From NCBI RefSeq assembly GCF_004010195.1, contig NC_057718.1, positions 90,997,353-91,061,352 on the forward strand: a stretch of 64,000 bases of DNA, written 5' to 3'. Numbering within the stretch: position 1 is the stretch's first letter; the number at the start of each line of letters is the position of its first letter. Shown here one piece after another: positions 26,140 through 40,219 of the stretch. This DNA comes from Chiloscyllium plagiosum. Its lineage: Eukaryota. The notes below the pieces were generated by a model. It was given only the letters and a program-made list of their open reading frames with translations. It made no database searches and had not been told where the DNA came from. The position numbers and the translations under genes are program-made.

Positions 26140-27803
26140 TACCTTAGCAGGGATGACCGTGAAGGAACAATGGCAGATATTTCTGTGTATAATGCAGAAG
26201 TTGCAGGATCAGTTCATTCCTAAAAGGAAGAAAGATCCCAGGAGGAGGCATGGGCAGCCGTGGCTGACGAGGGAAGTTAAGAAACATATAAAGTTAAAAG
26301 AGAAAAAGTATAACATAGCAAAGATAAGTGGGAAAACTGAGGACTGGGAAGCTTTTAAAGAGCAACAGAGGATTACTAAGAAGGAAATACGCAGAGGAAA
26401 AATGAGGTACAAAGGTAAANNNNNNNNNNNNNNNNNNNNNNNNNNNNNNNNNNNNNNNNNNNNNNNNNNNNNNNNNNNNNNNNNNNNNNNNNNNNNNNNN
26501 NNNNNNNNNNNNNNNNNNNNNNNNNNNNNNNNNNNNNNNNNNNNNNNNNNNNNNNNNNNNNNNNNNNNNNNNNNNNNNNNNNNNNNNNNNNNNNNNNNNN
26601 NNNNNNNNNNNNNNNNNNNNNNNNNNNNNNNNNNNNNNNNNNNNNNNNNNNNNNNNNNNNNNNNNNNNNNNNNNNNNNNNNNNNNNNNNNNNNNNNNNNN
26701 NNNNNNNNNNNNNNNNNNNNNNNNNNNNNNNNNNNNNNNNNNNNNNNNNNNNNNNNNNNNNNNNNNNNNNNNNNNNNNNNNNNNNNNNNNNNNNNNNNNN
26801 NNNNNNNNNNNNNNNNNNNNNNNNNNNNNNNNNNNNNNNNNNNNNNNTATTAGTAATAGCATTAGCAAATTTGCTGATGATACTAAGCTGGGTGGCAGGG
26901 TGAAATGTGATGAGGATGTTAGGAGGTTACAGGGTGACCTGGTCAAGTTAGGTGAGTGGGCAGATGCATGGCAGATGCAATTTAATGTGGATAAGTGTAT
27001 GGTTATCCACTTTGGTGGCAAGAACAGGAAGGCAGATTACCACCTAAGTGGAATCAATTTAGGTAAAGGGGCAGTACAGAGAGATCTGGGGGTTCTTGTA
27101 CACCACTCAATGAAGGTAAGCATGCAGGTACAGCAGGTAGTGAAGAAGGCTAATAGCTTGCTGGCCTTCATAACAAGAGGAATTGAGTATAGAAGCAAAG
27201 AGGTGCTTCTGCAGTTGTACAGGGCCCTGGTGAGACCACACCTGGAGTATTGTGTGCTGTTCTGGTCTCCAAATTTGAGGAAAGACATTCTGGCTATTGA
27301 GGGAGTGCATGCGTAGGTTCACGAGGTCAATTCCTGGAATGGCGGGGCTACCTTACGCTGAAAGACTGGAGCGACTGGGCTTGTATACCCTTGAGTTTAG
27401 ACGCTGAGAGGGGATCTGATTGAGACGTATAAGATTATGAAAGGATTGGACATTCTGGCAGTAGGAAGCATATTTCCACTGATGGGTGAGTGCTGAACCA
27501 GAGGACACAGCTTAAAAATAAGGGGTAGGCCATTTAGGACAGAGATGAGGAGAAGCTTCTTCACCCAGAGAGTGGTGGCTGTGTGGAATGCTCTGCCTCA
27601 GAGGGCAGTGGAGGCCCAGTGTCTGGATTCATTTAAGAAAGAGTTGGATAGAGCTCTCAAAGATAGTGGAATCAAGGGTTATGGAGATAAGGCAGGAACA
27701 GGATACTGATTAGGAATGATCAGCCATGATCATGTTGAATGGCGGTGCAGACTCGAAGGGCTGAATGGCCTACTCCTGCACCTATTGTCTAGTGTCTATT
27801 GTC
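26140..27803 (+). mobile_element. CR1 LINE spanning an assembly gap (N 26420-26847)
   Basis: PWLTREVK linker before the gap; SKFADDTK..LVRPHLEYC after it; (ctattgt)n tail. Confidence 0.95.
26420..26847. other. Assembly gap (N run)
   Basis: Run of N. Confidence 1.
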
Positions 27804-28057
27804 TAATAATGGGTGCCATTCCAGCCTATTGCACAAACGTTTCATGAAATGTAATGGAATTTAGTATTTCCTAACAGAAAAGGAGTATGTAATATGAAAT
27901 ATGAGATTGAAATAAAAATTCAAATAATGAATATGGCAGTCTGATCATGAATGAAAGAGAAAACATTAGGGAAAAAAGCAGAACTAATTTGCTGAAAACT
28001 TTTATAAATTAAGTCAGCACTCCAGAGGCAAATGTAGAATTAAGCCATTTTCTAAGT

Positions 28058-28260
28058 TTAAAAATCTCACAACACCAGGTAATGGTCCAACAGGTTTATT
28101 TGGAAGCACTAAATTTTGGAGCGCTGCGCCACCTGATGAAGCAGCAATGCTCTGAAAGCTAGTGCTTCCAAGTAAGCCTGTTGGACTATTACATGGACGT
28201 TGTGTGATTTTTAACTTTGTACGTCCCAGTCCAACTCCAGCACTTCCAAATCATGACTAC
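28058..28260. mobile_element. Inverted pair of a second Penelope-like terminal-repeat family
   Basis: aaaatctcacaacaccagg..tggaagcact followed by its reverse complement; hammerhead core at 28130-28164. Related copies at ~7430-7550, 20350-20525 and 62915-62985. Confidence 0.7.
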
Positions 28261-28268
28261 CATTTTTT

Positions 28269-28560
28269 GATTAGATTAGATTACTTACAGTGTGGAAACA
28301 GGCCCTTCGGCCCAACAAGTCCACACCGACCCGCAACCCATTCCCCTACACCTAACACTACAGGCAATTTAGCATGGCCAATTCACCTGACCTGCACACT
28401 TTTTGGATTGTGGGAGGAAACCGGAGCACCCGGAGAAAACCCACGCAGACACGGGGAGAATATGCAAACTCCACACAGTCAGTCACCTGAGGCGGGAATT
28501 GAACCCGGGTCTCTGGCACTGTGAGGCAGCAGTGCTAACCACTGTGCCACCGTGCCGCCC
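28269..28560 (-). mobile_element. HE1-type SINE
   Basis: Reverse complement begins gggcggcacggtggcacagtggttagcactgct; (ctaat)n tail. Confidence 0.9.
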
Positions 28561-29344
28561 TATATATAATTTTCTAAGTTTGTGATTTTGTTTCTCTAAA
28601 ACCTTTATTGTTTACGTGCAGTACATAAAGCAACAGAGTGATATTGGTGATCTTTACTTTGTAATGAAACAGTTGTAATTGAAACATGACAAATTCTCTA
28701 CTTAATATTTCACAAAAAGGCATGGGTTCGTGTGAAGCTCATAATTTGCTTTGAGCTTGCCGGCAATACTTGGATCAGGTGGAGATAATTGATCTCTCTT
28801 TATAAGTGCAACTCACCTGGCAACTTTTTTTATGATTCACCTATATAATCTGCTTCCCTGCTTATTAATTAGCAAATGTTTTGTTCAGCATGTAACCTTT
28901 TTGAGCAAACAATGGGTTCCCAGAAATGACTGTGAGCAGTGTCTTACGCCAACAATACTTGTCAGGGCTTAGTGATGATTTGTTGATTTGCAGTTCCAGG
29001 AAATAACTGTTGTGTACTTTGCACGTATTTACCATCAATCTTTGTATTGTTGCATATTTCTGCACCAGTTGTACCTTTTATTTTTGCGTAGATGGTTTCT
29101 TATAACAGTATTCGTCCCTCTGAAGAAACGTCATGGCAATTGCATGCTGAGACGCGAAGCAATAGCTGAGCTTTGAATTGTTATCTGTGTGGTAAAGTAC
29201 TAGACACTTAGACAGGACAAGGTCAGAGCTGTGTTTGAGCTTGAAAGCACAAGTGAGAAACCTTTACAGCTAAAATGGCTACCTTCAATGTAAACTGTGC
29301 ACTAATTCGCAGTTAATCCTAGTGCAACGGGTATGGATATTTAA

Positions 29345-29582
29345 GCAAAAATCAAAAGAACTGCGGGTGCAGTAAATCAGAAACAGAACAGAAATTGCTG
29401 GAAAAGCTCAGCAGATCTGGCAGCATCACTGGAGAGAAATCAGAGTCAACGTTTCAAGTCGAGTGACCCTTCCTGTTAACTCTGATTTCTCTTCACAGAT
29501 GCTGCCAGCTCTCCTGAGCTTTTCCAGGAATTTCTGTTTTTGGTTCTGATTTACAGCATCTGCAGTTCTTTCGGGTTTTTAT
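29345..29582. mobile_element. Inverted pair of Penelope-like terminal repeats (older family)
   Basis: aaagaactgc..gaaattgctggaaaagctcag..gaaatcagagt mirrored on the other side; related pieces at 30022-30260, 40650-40760 and 62340-62470. Confidence 0.65.
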
Positions 29583-29619
29583 TCAAGAACAGCCTAAGTC
29601 CGATAAATTGTTGCAGACT

Positions 29620-29943
29620 GGGGGAAGTGGTGGTGTAGTGGTAATATCACTGGATTAGTAACCCAGTAGCTCACACTAATGTCCCGGGGACATGGCAGAT
29701 GGTAAAAATTGAATCCAATAAAAAAATTTCCCTTTAAAACTCTAATGATAACCGCCAAACCATTATCAATTGTTGTAAAACCCAACTTGTTCCTGAATGT
29801 CTTGTTTCGAGGATAATCTGAGCTACATGCGAGTTTCAACCCAAAGCAATGCGGTTTGATTCTTAATTGCCCTCTGAACGATTAGGGATTGGTAATAAAT
29901 GGTGGCATAGTCAGCAACACTCACATCCCATGAATAATTAAAC
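29620..29943 (+). mobile_element. tRNA-headed SINE sharing 5' body and 3' tail with the 53838 LINE
   Basis: Head ggggaagtggtggtgtagtggtaatatcactgga; body ...cttaattgccctctgaa; tail ...ataaatggtggc..cacatcccatgaat. Confidence 0.75.
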
Positions 29944-31863
29944 AACGGCGTACTGTGGAAGTCAAAGGATAATTCAAGGTGCTTTCAGTGTTGGTAAGGC
30001 AAAAGTTAAAATTGTGAAACAGGCAAAAACAGAAATTGCTGGAGAAACTCAGCAGGTCTAGCAGCATCTTGGTAGATAAAACAGAGTTAGCATGTCGAGT
30101 TCACTGACCCTTCCCCTGGTTTTTGTTTGTTTCAGATCTCCAGCATCCGCAGTTTAGTTTTATTTTAGCGTTCAATTCAGTGCTACATCTCTACCAGATA
30201 TGCCATTCTGAGGAAGGCTCATTGGACTCGCAATGTTCACACTGTTTTCTTTCCACAGGTAATGCACAGTATCCTTAGCTCTCTGTTTTATAGTTAAAAT
30301 TGGGGTTTGTAATTGGTTTAGCTGTCTGAAATAGAATGTGTTTAATTTACAATGCCGACGTTTAAAATCCTTCAGCAAAGAAAAAAATTAATGTATCCTT
30401 AAATTTGCTTAAGTGAAAGGTCAATTGTTCATTCTGAAGGTATTTACTTAGACATAATTATTCTTTGCTGATCCAGATTGGTTGGACACACCTTGTTTCT
30501 TTATCCTTCCTGGTTAGATTAGAAGCATTTTGTTTGATCCATTGTTATAAACTTTGTCAGAGTCCTGCATAACGACGGCCATTTCTTTGCAGAGATCAAG
30601 CCAAAGAAAATGCAAGTTTTTTAGGGTGGAACCAGGCAAGTGAGCAACATGATTAAGCTTCATAAGAACCAGTAAGATTGGTCTGCTGAAGACTGGCATT
30701 TTGATGTGAATTAAGGCTTTTAATTGCAATCCAAAACTGTTTAGATTGGAATGTACAGAGTGTGTCATGCCTTTTTTAAAAGTGTGCCGATTTAGTCCAG
30801 CCCTTTGATGGGTATTTGTTCTGGGTGTCTTAATGGGCACAAGCCCAGTTTTTCAATGTCCTGGCCAGCCATTTGGTTCCATTTCCTGTTGACATGCAGT
30901 GAAATGTTGAAATTAGGAAAACCATCGCCCATTTGTATCCGGATGTTCCTGTGGGAAACTCAAATTCTTGTCATGTGTTTCTCTGAAAATCGCCGAGCAT
31001 AAAGTTGGTGAGATTCTTACACCAGCTAGATTGGCAATAACTTGATCTGAGCACAAGCATTTTGAACTTCAATAAACCAATATTGGAAACATGCCCAGCT
31101 ATGACCCGTTTCCATGTTTTGAATAGTCCAATGGGTCATTCAGAAAGTAACCTGCTGTAAATATGCAAGCTACATTGAATCCTACAAGGACTTGTCTGTT
31201 TAATTTCACTTATATAATTTATTTTAGGATTTTGAATTTCTGAGGTGTATTGCAGCCACACAGTTTTCAATATGAGTCACTTTTTCTGATGCATTTGGAT
31301 GTCTTATGGCTGTTGCTTAAATCCCTCCTCTCCTGAAGGGCTCTGATCATCCTGATTCCAAGTGGGATTTGAAGAGGGAACACAGAGGAGCTATGCCATG
31401 GGTCTCAGTAGACTTTTCAACCAAAAGGAAGTATCGCCACTAATTCTGATCTAGGGTCTGCATGTGACATGTACAGAGAAATACCATATCCAGCATGAGC
31501 TGTGTTTGAGATTGCAAATCCGAGACCGGATTAGAACTGCCGCGGGCAGAAGGTGAAAGCTGGGTTTCCACAGGTTTCAAGCTGGGTCCATGATCCACAT
31601 CCTGAACAAGCCCTGGCTGGATCCACAGTGGATCCCCGAGCTTTTGGAGAAGGTAGCTGTCCCCCTACCCCGTGTCCCCCCAGAAGGGCCATGTATACCA
31701 GACAGAACCGCAGCCTGAACCTGCCCACAGGGAGGCAGTTTTCAAGATGCTATCAGTTCTAGTGCACACACCGATTACGTAGACCTAGGAATCTTGGATG
31801 TAAAAAGCAGCTTTGAAGCAAATTTATTGATACAGTGAAAAGAATCTTCCACTCCCAAGAATT

Positions 31864-32212
31864 GGAGATGGTGGTCGTACTGGTAATGCCACTGGACCAG
31901 TAATTCAGAACCCCTGGCTAGCAATCTGTAACATGGGTTCAAATCCCACTGTGGCAGGTGGTGAAATTTTACTTCAATAAAAATCTGGAATAAAGTGCTA
32001 GCCTAATGACGATCATGTAGCCACTGTTGATCTTTGTAAAAACCCAACTGCTTCACTGATGTCCTTTAGGGAATGAAATCCACAATCCTTACCTGGTCTA
32101 CACATGATGCTGGAATCGTAACAATGTGGTTAATTCATTGTTGATATCTGAACAGTTATGGATGGAAAATAAATGGTGACCTAAACAATGATCCCACATC
32201 TCCATGAACAAA
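31864..32212 (+). mobile_element. Same SINE family as 29620
   Basis: B box ggttcaaatcc; body aatctggaa..cactgatgtcctttagggaa..ccttacctggtct; tail ..cccacatctccatgaa. Confidence 0.75.
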
Positions 32213-35200
32213 CATTGGCAGGTGAACGGAAAGGGAAATAATGGGGTGACGTTAACACACAGCACAGGGACTCCATTGACATGCACTTAGAACACCCACT
32301 TGCATTACGAACCTTGAAACATGCTTAAGGCATGTGCCATGGCTGCCCTACAAAATGCCCAAGAGTGCGGGCGGTGTACGTTCAGTGTAAAATGAGTACC
32401 TGGTGCTCAAGAAATTGGAGCCTTAAATGTACACTTAATACCTAACACAGGCACAGTAAGGTCTAATTTCTAAGTCTTTGTCTCCATTTGGTTTGGTGTA
32501 TCAGGTAGCATGACTACCCTAACTGCTCACTTAATGAGAAAAAACGAGTTGGACGGAGTTCAGCAAAGGCATCCAAGTTTTAGCTCCATTGCAGAGTTCT
32601 AAGAAGGAAAATCTGTGTTTCATACATAATTGTTACTTTGTTTGGTTGACTGTTGGCATATGGGGCGATAAAACGGCAGGAATGTTGCTGGTGGTTGTTC
32701 CACAGGATTGCTTGCCTGTTTGGTCTGCTCTTGATATAGCCCCTTATTTCTTCTCTCCAACTCTTGGCAAGAACTACGTGTACTTTAAATAACTTCATTG
32801 GGCAATTTATTTTGTTCCAAATCTGAACTTGCCTAAAATTAGGTTTAAAGGACAGATGTCAAACTTATTTCCTAGCACAGACCAAGTTTCAAACTTCTTG
32901 GGAAACTTTGTAAGTTTAAAAATTCCAAATTATTTCTATCACTGATGGAATTACTAGCGGAATGTAAAATTCCTACTGAGCCATACAGCTGTGATATATC
33001 TGTTTATATATTCCAGTATCAATTACCGTCATTATTACTAAAGATCTCTGACCTAAATGTTTTGCAAATTAAATGTTTTTCCTACCATGTGTATGATGTA
33101 AACAAAGGTCTTTTGCCAAAATTCTATGGAGTAATTAGTTAACCCCAAGGGATGTAATGTTTATCATCTTTGCCTCATGGTTCTAGTGTCATTATTTAGT
33201 TAGTACATTATCTTGCAAAATCATTGTTCAGTATTGAAAAGACATGGTCACAGCATAAGTATATAATCATACCATTTTGCAATGGATGAGGAAGGCCATT
33301 TATTCCAATTTAGATCATCCATCATGAATTTATCGAGACATAAAGCCTGTTAGGTATGTTCAATGCTGACATGGACAGATTTCTAATGAGGAAGAGAATC
33401 AAAGATTACAGGATTAGACGGGAAATTGCAGTTGAGAATTATCAGATCAGCCATGATCTCATTTAATGGTGGAGTGATCTCACTGGGCCACATGGTCTAT
33501 TTCTGTACCTATATCTTATGGCGGTATACCTGAAGATTCAACCTATTACCCTTTGTTCTACTCCCACTAATTATTTTAAAGGGGTATTCCAGAATAACAT
33601 ATCCCATGACGTTTACTGTATCTCACACCTCTCTGAAGCCACCATAAGAACGAAGCAGCAGAAGACGACTATTCGATCCATTGAGTCTACTCCACCAGTC
33701 AGCGAGATCACTTCCCAGGCATCACATTTCCCAGTGTGAAAGCCCACATTTCTCCAGTGTTTTGTCATAGCCTGACACCCGTAATCAACTTGTTGCATGT
33801 GCTGCCGAAACAACATTCAGGAAAGCCAGTTGCTGTATACCAAGTGAGTGACCAAATGTTAAAAACTGTCACACCTTTCTGCAGTGCTGAGATTTCTGCG
33901 CGCATCAGCAGGGTAGCTGCTTCAGCCAAGTTCTCAGGACAGTCAGTTTCTGCACTGACAGCAAATCAACGAGGCCAAAACAGCCCACTGAGCCAGTGAT
34001 TCCTTTTTGTAGGAGCTGCGTGATTATGTACAGAAAAAACATAAAAGAATTGCCATATGTCTGTAAGCACTGATTTTTATCTTTGTATCTGCAAAGATTG
34101 ATAGAATATACTAATTGGGGGTATATTTGTTTAAACGCCCATGATTGGCAACTCAAGTTTTGTAAAATTCCATACGTATTTAGCTTGTTTTTTTTTGTAA
34201 TCCTGAGTCCTTAAATACAGTCCTGTCACTTCATATAAAAATAACTGATTGTGTGAGATGCTGGATGACAGTTTGAGCTTAATGAATGTAGGAACAATAC
34301 TTGGAAAGAGTACTTGGAATGATACTTTGCAGAGATATGTCAGTATTAGCTATCTAAATCAGTGGCAAATGCACTGTCTGATTCCTCTTCTGACTTTGTG
34401 GCAAATGTTTCCAGTCTGCATGTTAGTGCAAGCTGCAGATATGCAGAGGAGCGACATAGTTATTAATGTAATGACAGCCATTGTCTGACGCTTCTGCAGT
34501 AGCAGAAATGGATCATGAAATTGTTTTGGAGAGGCTATGTGATGCATAATACATCAAAGTGAGATACTCTTGGAGCTTATCTGGAACAGATACTGGGCAT
34601 GGTGATATAAAATGTAGTGCTATAGAATTGGAGGCTTTTCTGAAGTTGGTATATGTCATATACTGGCATTGATGCCATTCTTTTCAGTTTTCTTGAATTA
34701 ACTACACAGAAAAGATCATGTCTGTAGGTGTGTTTCATTAAGCAAATTCGCACTGCAATTCTAGAAGGCACTCTGCAGCTACTGGGCGGAGTCAATGTGG
34801 ATGTTTCCTTGCAAAGATCTTCCCTCTGGCAAACAACAGGGATTTTTCTGAAGTGACAGTGATCAGGTTTATCTCCCTTCTTAATGTAGATGTGATCACA
34901 ATATCCGCAACACCTCCCACTGACACTCCTTTTCCTGGGTGAGGGATATGAAGTTGTGCAGCTGTGTCAGGAGTGTATCTTTGCCATTTTTCAGATTCCA
35001 GCAGGGATTCCACCTGCTCCAGAGATCTTGTTTATTTTTTTGAATAACTGTCAAATGGCTTTTTCAACTTTGCAGACTTGGAGGCTTAATTGTGAAACTG
35101 ATCTGGGTAATAGAGTTGAGGGATATCAAGTTGAAGTCAGAGTCCTAGATAAGAAATTCACAAGTGTGTTGTCTCCGATGAGTACTGACTGCTTTGATGA

Positions 35201-36096
35201 GGTCCCTGCCCCAGCTCAACTGTTCCCCAGGGACAGCAGAAATGACTTTGATATGTCCTCAAAGCATCCTTGAAGTGATCATATATCTTTGTCAGCTTGA
35301 GAGAGTCCCTGATTCGTGATTGACCAAAATGGAGAATGTTAATTCAGGAAGGCACTAAGCACACCAGATCACGATCATCCAGAGGTGAATTCGAGGCAAT
35401 GAAAAGGGGTCACAAATCTCCAAGTTCCTTTATCTTCCTGCTCCTTCAAACAGGACCTATGCTATGCGTAGCCGCATCTGAAGATAATGCATTGGACTTC
35501 TGAGCCATCTCTGAACCCATCAAATCAGAGTGGAAGCAAGATGCCCTTGGTATCAAGGGACTGATAAATTATTGCACACATTTCAGAAATGCACTATAGC
35601 TTTAAGAAAGCTAGATGGCATCATAATATGCTGTAGTTTAAGGGGTCTTTATTCATTCAGTTAGCAATTAGTCAGTCAACTGTGTGTATAATTTAATATT
35701 AATTTAAGCAAGTTCATAACCAAAGTTAGATGTATAAGTCTGAGGTGTCATGCCAGTGAACATTGTTAGGTATTAATAAACTTTCAGATATCTATATCAA
35801 TATAAACCCAACTCTTTTTACTATATGTTGCATAGGATACCATATAGAAAAACCAAATCACGTCAGTGGTCAGTTGTAAATGAAAAATGCTCTTGGACAG
35901 CATACTGGGAACTGCAGAGAGCATTTCAAACTTTCTCTTTTCCGGATGGTGAATGGACTTCTCTTTGATATGTGGAAATGCCCTTGTTATTTCAAAGTAC
36001 AGTTATATTTTCTCACCTCTGAAAGCAGGACTCTTGTAAATTGCAAACATTTAAAGACATCAATGGGACAGAAATGAGGAGGGATTTCTTCTCTCA

Positions 36097-36618
36097 TAGA
36101 GTCATAGAGATGTAAAGCACAGAAACAGACCCTTCGGTCCAACCTGTCCATGCCAACCCAATCAGATATCCCAACCCAATCTAGTCCCACCTGCCAGCAC
36201 CTGGCCCATATCCCTCCAAACCCTTCCTATTCATATACCCATCCAAATGCCTTTTAAATGTTGCAATTGTATCAGCTTCCACCACTTCCTCTGGCAGTTC
36301 ATTCCATACACGTACCACCCTCTGTGTGAAAAAGTTGCCCCTTAGGTCTGTCTTATATCTTTCCTCTTTCACCCTAAAACTATGCCCTCTAGTTGTGAAT
36401 CTATCAAATTCTTTACTGCAGAAGTGTAGAGGGGCTGGGTCATTTATGTTATTCAAAGCTGAGATCAACAAGTGTTTAATCAGAAGGGAATCAAAGATTG
36501 TGGTGAAAAGGCAGGAAAGTGGAGTTTGCATTTATCAGATCAGCCATAATCTCATTGAATGGTGGAGCAGATTCAATGAGCTGAATGGCCGACACTTGAT
36601 CCTACATATTAAGGGCTT
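36097..36618. mobile_element. Two abutting CR1 3' ends in opposite orientation (36097-36392 minus; 36393-36618 plus)
   Basis: The chimeric ORF 36181..36531 joins the two pieces. Confidence 0.8.
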
Positions 36619-36986
36619 ATGGTTAACTGAAACTATCTCTGACTCACTTTTTTTAAAAAAAAAGGTGCATGTGGATGCTAGTGGTCTGTCTATTCTTCAA
36701 TTTGTGGCAAATTAAGGTTTAGCGACTTGTAGCTTCCAGTGCAGTTTTGTTTTCTCAAGATGTTACTTTATTGAAACAACATCCTCCATTAGAAACTTTT
36801 GGTCATGGCTTCCCTTACAAATAAGTTGCTTGGTTTTCAAAGCTGGGAAATGGGTTGTAAAGTTCAATTTGCAGCTGAACAGTTTGTAGTTTGTTAGAAC
36901 AGCTAGCAACTTAAAGACATCTTTCTTTGCTTTTGCACCATCATGATTCTGTGCTAGAGCAGAAAAAAGGAGGGGGATATGTTACT

Positions 36987-37590
36987 TGAGTATTGAGTAC
37001 AGGAGTTGGGAGGTCATGTTGCGGTTGTACAGGACATTGGTTAGGCCACTGTTGGAATATTGCGTGCAATTCTGGTCTCCTTCCTATCGGAAAGATGTTG
37101 TGAAACTTGAAAGGATTCAGAAAAGATTTACAAGGATGTTGTCAGGGTTGGAGGATTTGAGCTATAGGGAGAGGCTGAACAGGCTGAGGCTGTGAGGCTG
37201 AGGCTTTATATATAGGCTTATAGAGGCTTACAAAATTATGAGGGGCATGGATAGGGTAAATAGGCAAAGTCTTTTCCCTGGGGTCGGGGAGTGCAGAACT
37301 AGAGGGCATAGGTTTAGGGTGAGAGGGGAAAGATATAAAAGAGACCTAAGGGGCAGCTTTTTCACACAGGGCGTGGTACGGGTATGGAATGACCTGCCAG
37401 AGGAAGTAGTAGAGGCTGGTACAATTGCAACATTTAAGAGGCATTTGGATGGGTATATGAATAGGAAGGGTTTGGAGGGATATGGGCCGGATGCTGGCAG
37501 ATGGGACTAGATTGGGTTGGGATATCTGGTTGGCATGGACGGGTTGGACCGAAGGGTCTGTTTCCATGCTGTACATCTCTATGACTCTAC
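36987..37590 (+). mobile_element. CR1 LINE 3' end
   Basis: LVRPLLEYCVQFWSP; RTRGH..FFTQ.VV..WN; tail ctctatgactcta. Confidence 0.95.
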
Positions 37591-38031
37591 TGGAAAGAAA
37601 AGAGAATTAACAAGCTTGTATTCCAAATCAAAAATTAAACGCTAGCAGCTGCATGTCTCTCTTGACCTCAAATTACCTTCAGTCCCATAATGTGCACATG
37701 GAGAACTTAAGTTACAGCACAATTGTGTCTTTTTAATGAGTTTTATACTGCTTCTATTTGTTGAAAGTGAAGACGATATTTGAAGGTAAAGTATTTCTGA
37801 ACTCCGGTGTTGCGTGATCAACTCTGTTTTGGGATCACTTTGCCGATATGGAATTAATAAGAAGGTGTTGTTGCTGTCATAGATGTTGGCAAAATATCGG
37901 TTCCTAGTGGGTTTCTTTTTTTTTGTATGTGAGCATCAGAATTTCCTTTCACATGGAATAACCATTAAATGTTTTTTTGGTTTTAGGTCTGTCTGGCTGA
38001 ACTCTGAAGCCATCCCAGATATCTACTGAGA

Positions 38032-38073
38032 ATGTCAGGCCCAGTTGAGCTGCAACGAGGGAGTTTTTTTAAG
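38032..38073 (+). CDS. RIN2: RIN2-like, first coding exon (exon 37987-38073; MSGPVELQRGSFFK)
   Basis: Polypyrimidine tract plus ttttag acceptor ending at 37986, ATG at 38032, donor AAG|gtattg at 38074 (phase 0). RGSFFK matches the RIN2 N-terminus as I recall it (..DKRGSFFK|LIDT..). Confidence 0.85.
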
Positions 38074-38659
38074 GTATTGCAATTTTGAGGGAGCAACTTT
38101 TCATAAAGGCAATGTTTTTAAAAGTATCCTTTTTTTATTTAGTTGCTTTAAGCTCATTCTCTTTCTTTACCGCACCCCTTGTCTCCACTCTGAACCCTCC
38201 CCTTTTTATTTGGATGGGTGAACTCAGACACTTCACTTCTACAGTATTTTTTAGTCCTTTGCCAGGAAACATGCTTGAGAGATGAGGAAATGATCCCGCC
38301 CTGGGTATGTTTCCTTTTTCCTATGGACAGCTCGGTCGAGGCAGTCAAAAACTCCGATGTAAAAGTTGCTGGGATAAGAAAAATTTGAACAATTAACAAG
38401 CAGCCTTCTGTTATAGCTATCTCGATGTCTTGTTTCAAGTAACCTGCTGTTAATGACAGTGACTTGGCATACAAATATGAGCTGATCTGGTAAGCCAGCA
38501 TGAATTTGTAAAAGGTCAGCAACCATAAAGCTAGTGTGATTTTTTTTTGAGGAAGAAACCAATTTAGCACAGAAGGATGTTAATCGTGCAAACTGACAGA
38601 ATATATTTTATAAGGCTCTTATACGTGGCTTAACCAAAATGAGAACTTGCAGCTTTGCA

Positions 38660-39560
38660 GTCGCCTATTGACATGGATAAGGAATTGGTTCTTCCTCAAA
38701 TTAGCAGGATGTGCCTAGTAACTAGGGATTGTTGTGAGCTCCATGGCTTTTCACAGCATTTAGAATTGACTTGGATGAAGAAACCGACACGGGCAGCACA
38801 GCAAATAGCACGGATGAGATTATGAAGTTGGAAATGCACAGCGATTGATTAAGTTCAGTGAGAGACACTGTGACAGATAGACTCTGTTGTGGGGGAAACC
38901 CCTGAGGAAGAGAGAGCAGATCATTTTGTAAATTGTGAGAAGCTAGGACTGCGAATGAGTTGAAGCACTTTGGGACCCCGAAGTACAGAAATTACTGCAG
39001 TTAGTGGAGTGTTCTTGAAATAAAAAGGCCAATGGAAGATTTGGCTCTTATCTCAAGAAGCCTGCAATCCAAAGGGATTGAAGATACTTTACAGTTGTAC
39101 AGATCTATGATTAGCCCCCATAATATTGCATTTATTTCTGGACACTGTGCCACGGGCAGGATATCTTGGCCTTAGAGGTGGTGTAACGCATATTCATCAG
39201 AATGATGAATGGTTAACTTATAAGGGCAGCTTACATGACTGGGTTATATCCTTTTCAGTATAGAAGATTTAAGGGATGTTTCAGATGATTAAAGGGGTGG
39301 AATCAAAGATGGGGAGAAGCTATTTCCTGTGGTGGGAAAGTCCAGAATAAAGGGCATAAAGTTAAAATTAGAGCTTGGTCACTCAGCGTTGATGTCGGAA
39401 AGCACTTCTGTTCACAAAGGATAGCAGAAATCTGGAATTCTCTGTGGCCGTATCCCCTTAAAAGAGATGGCTCCTGACTGGGTCACTTGGAAAAACTGGC
39501 AGATTTCTGTTAGATAATGAATTAAGGATTGTGGTTGGATGGAGTTAAGATACAGGTCAA
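38660..39560 (+). mobile_element. Highly decayed CR1-like LINE
   Basis: Recognisable 3' ORF2 remnants (ccagaataaagggcataaagttaaaattagag; cacttctgttcacaaagg..tggaattctct). Confidence 0.6.
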
Positions 39561-40219
39561 TCTTGCCTTGTCAAATTTAACTTTGAATGAGGTGAAAGGG
39601 ATAGAACTTCAATGTTGTTCTACTGCATTTCAGGTGAGTTTATCATTCTGAGAGTTAAAGTGCTGGACATGTAGCATCTCCGGATTTGCTAAGGGAAGTC
39701 AGACATTTCATTGACGCACATACTGCAGTACATCCTGAGGTCATGTATGATGCCATATATAAGACGTTCTGGTAAAGAAGCTTGAGATCCTGGTGTGGGC
39801 TGTCGCTGATTTTTGTTTAAAAAGCAGCACATAGTGCAAATTGTATTTGGTAAATCTGTTCTGTTGTATAGAACATAAACAAAGATAATAGAGTGCTGAT
39901 GCAGCAAAAGAGCACATTTTCAGTATCTAAATTCTGTGGAATGTCATTCTGTGGTTACTGAAGTTTAGTGTTTTAGGAAGTCTGTGGGAAGTCTAGCCGA
40001 TGCAAATTGGAACATCTGTCTTTATCTCCTTACAGTGGAACAACATGTTGCTACTTTAATGATTGTAGGAGTACTGTTTATAGTCTGGGCAGTGTCACAG
40101 AAGCCAGGCTTGCTGAGTAGTTTTTTTCTATTTACAGGAGACTCGAGGTTTAAAAATAATGACCTGTATTTGACATATCTCTGTTTTTTTTTAAGTAAAG
40201 TTATTTCATAGTGTCAGAG

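Noticed and set aside
26030..27316. 428-aa and 270-aa ORFs
   Set aside because: They are open only because they read through Ns; the content is CR1.
30830..32470. GC-richer patches as regulatory islands
   Set aside because: They look like decayed repeat remnants around a SINE; nothing specific can be supported.
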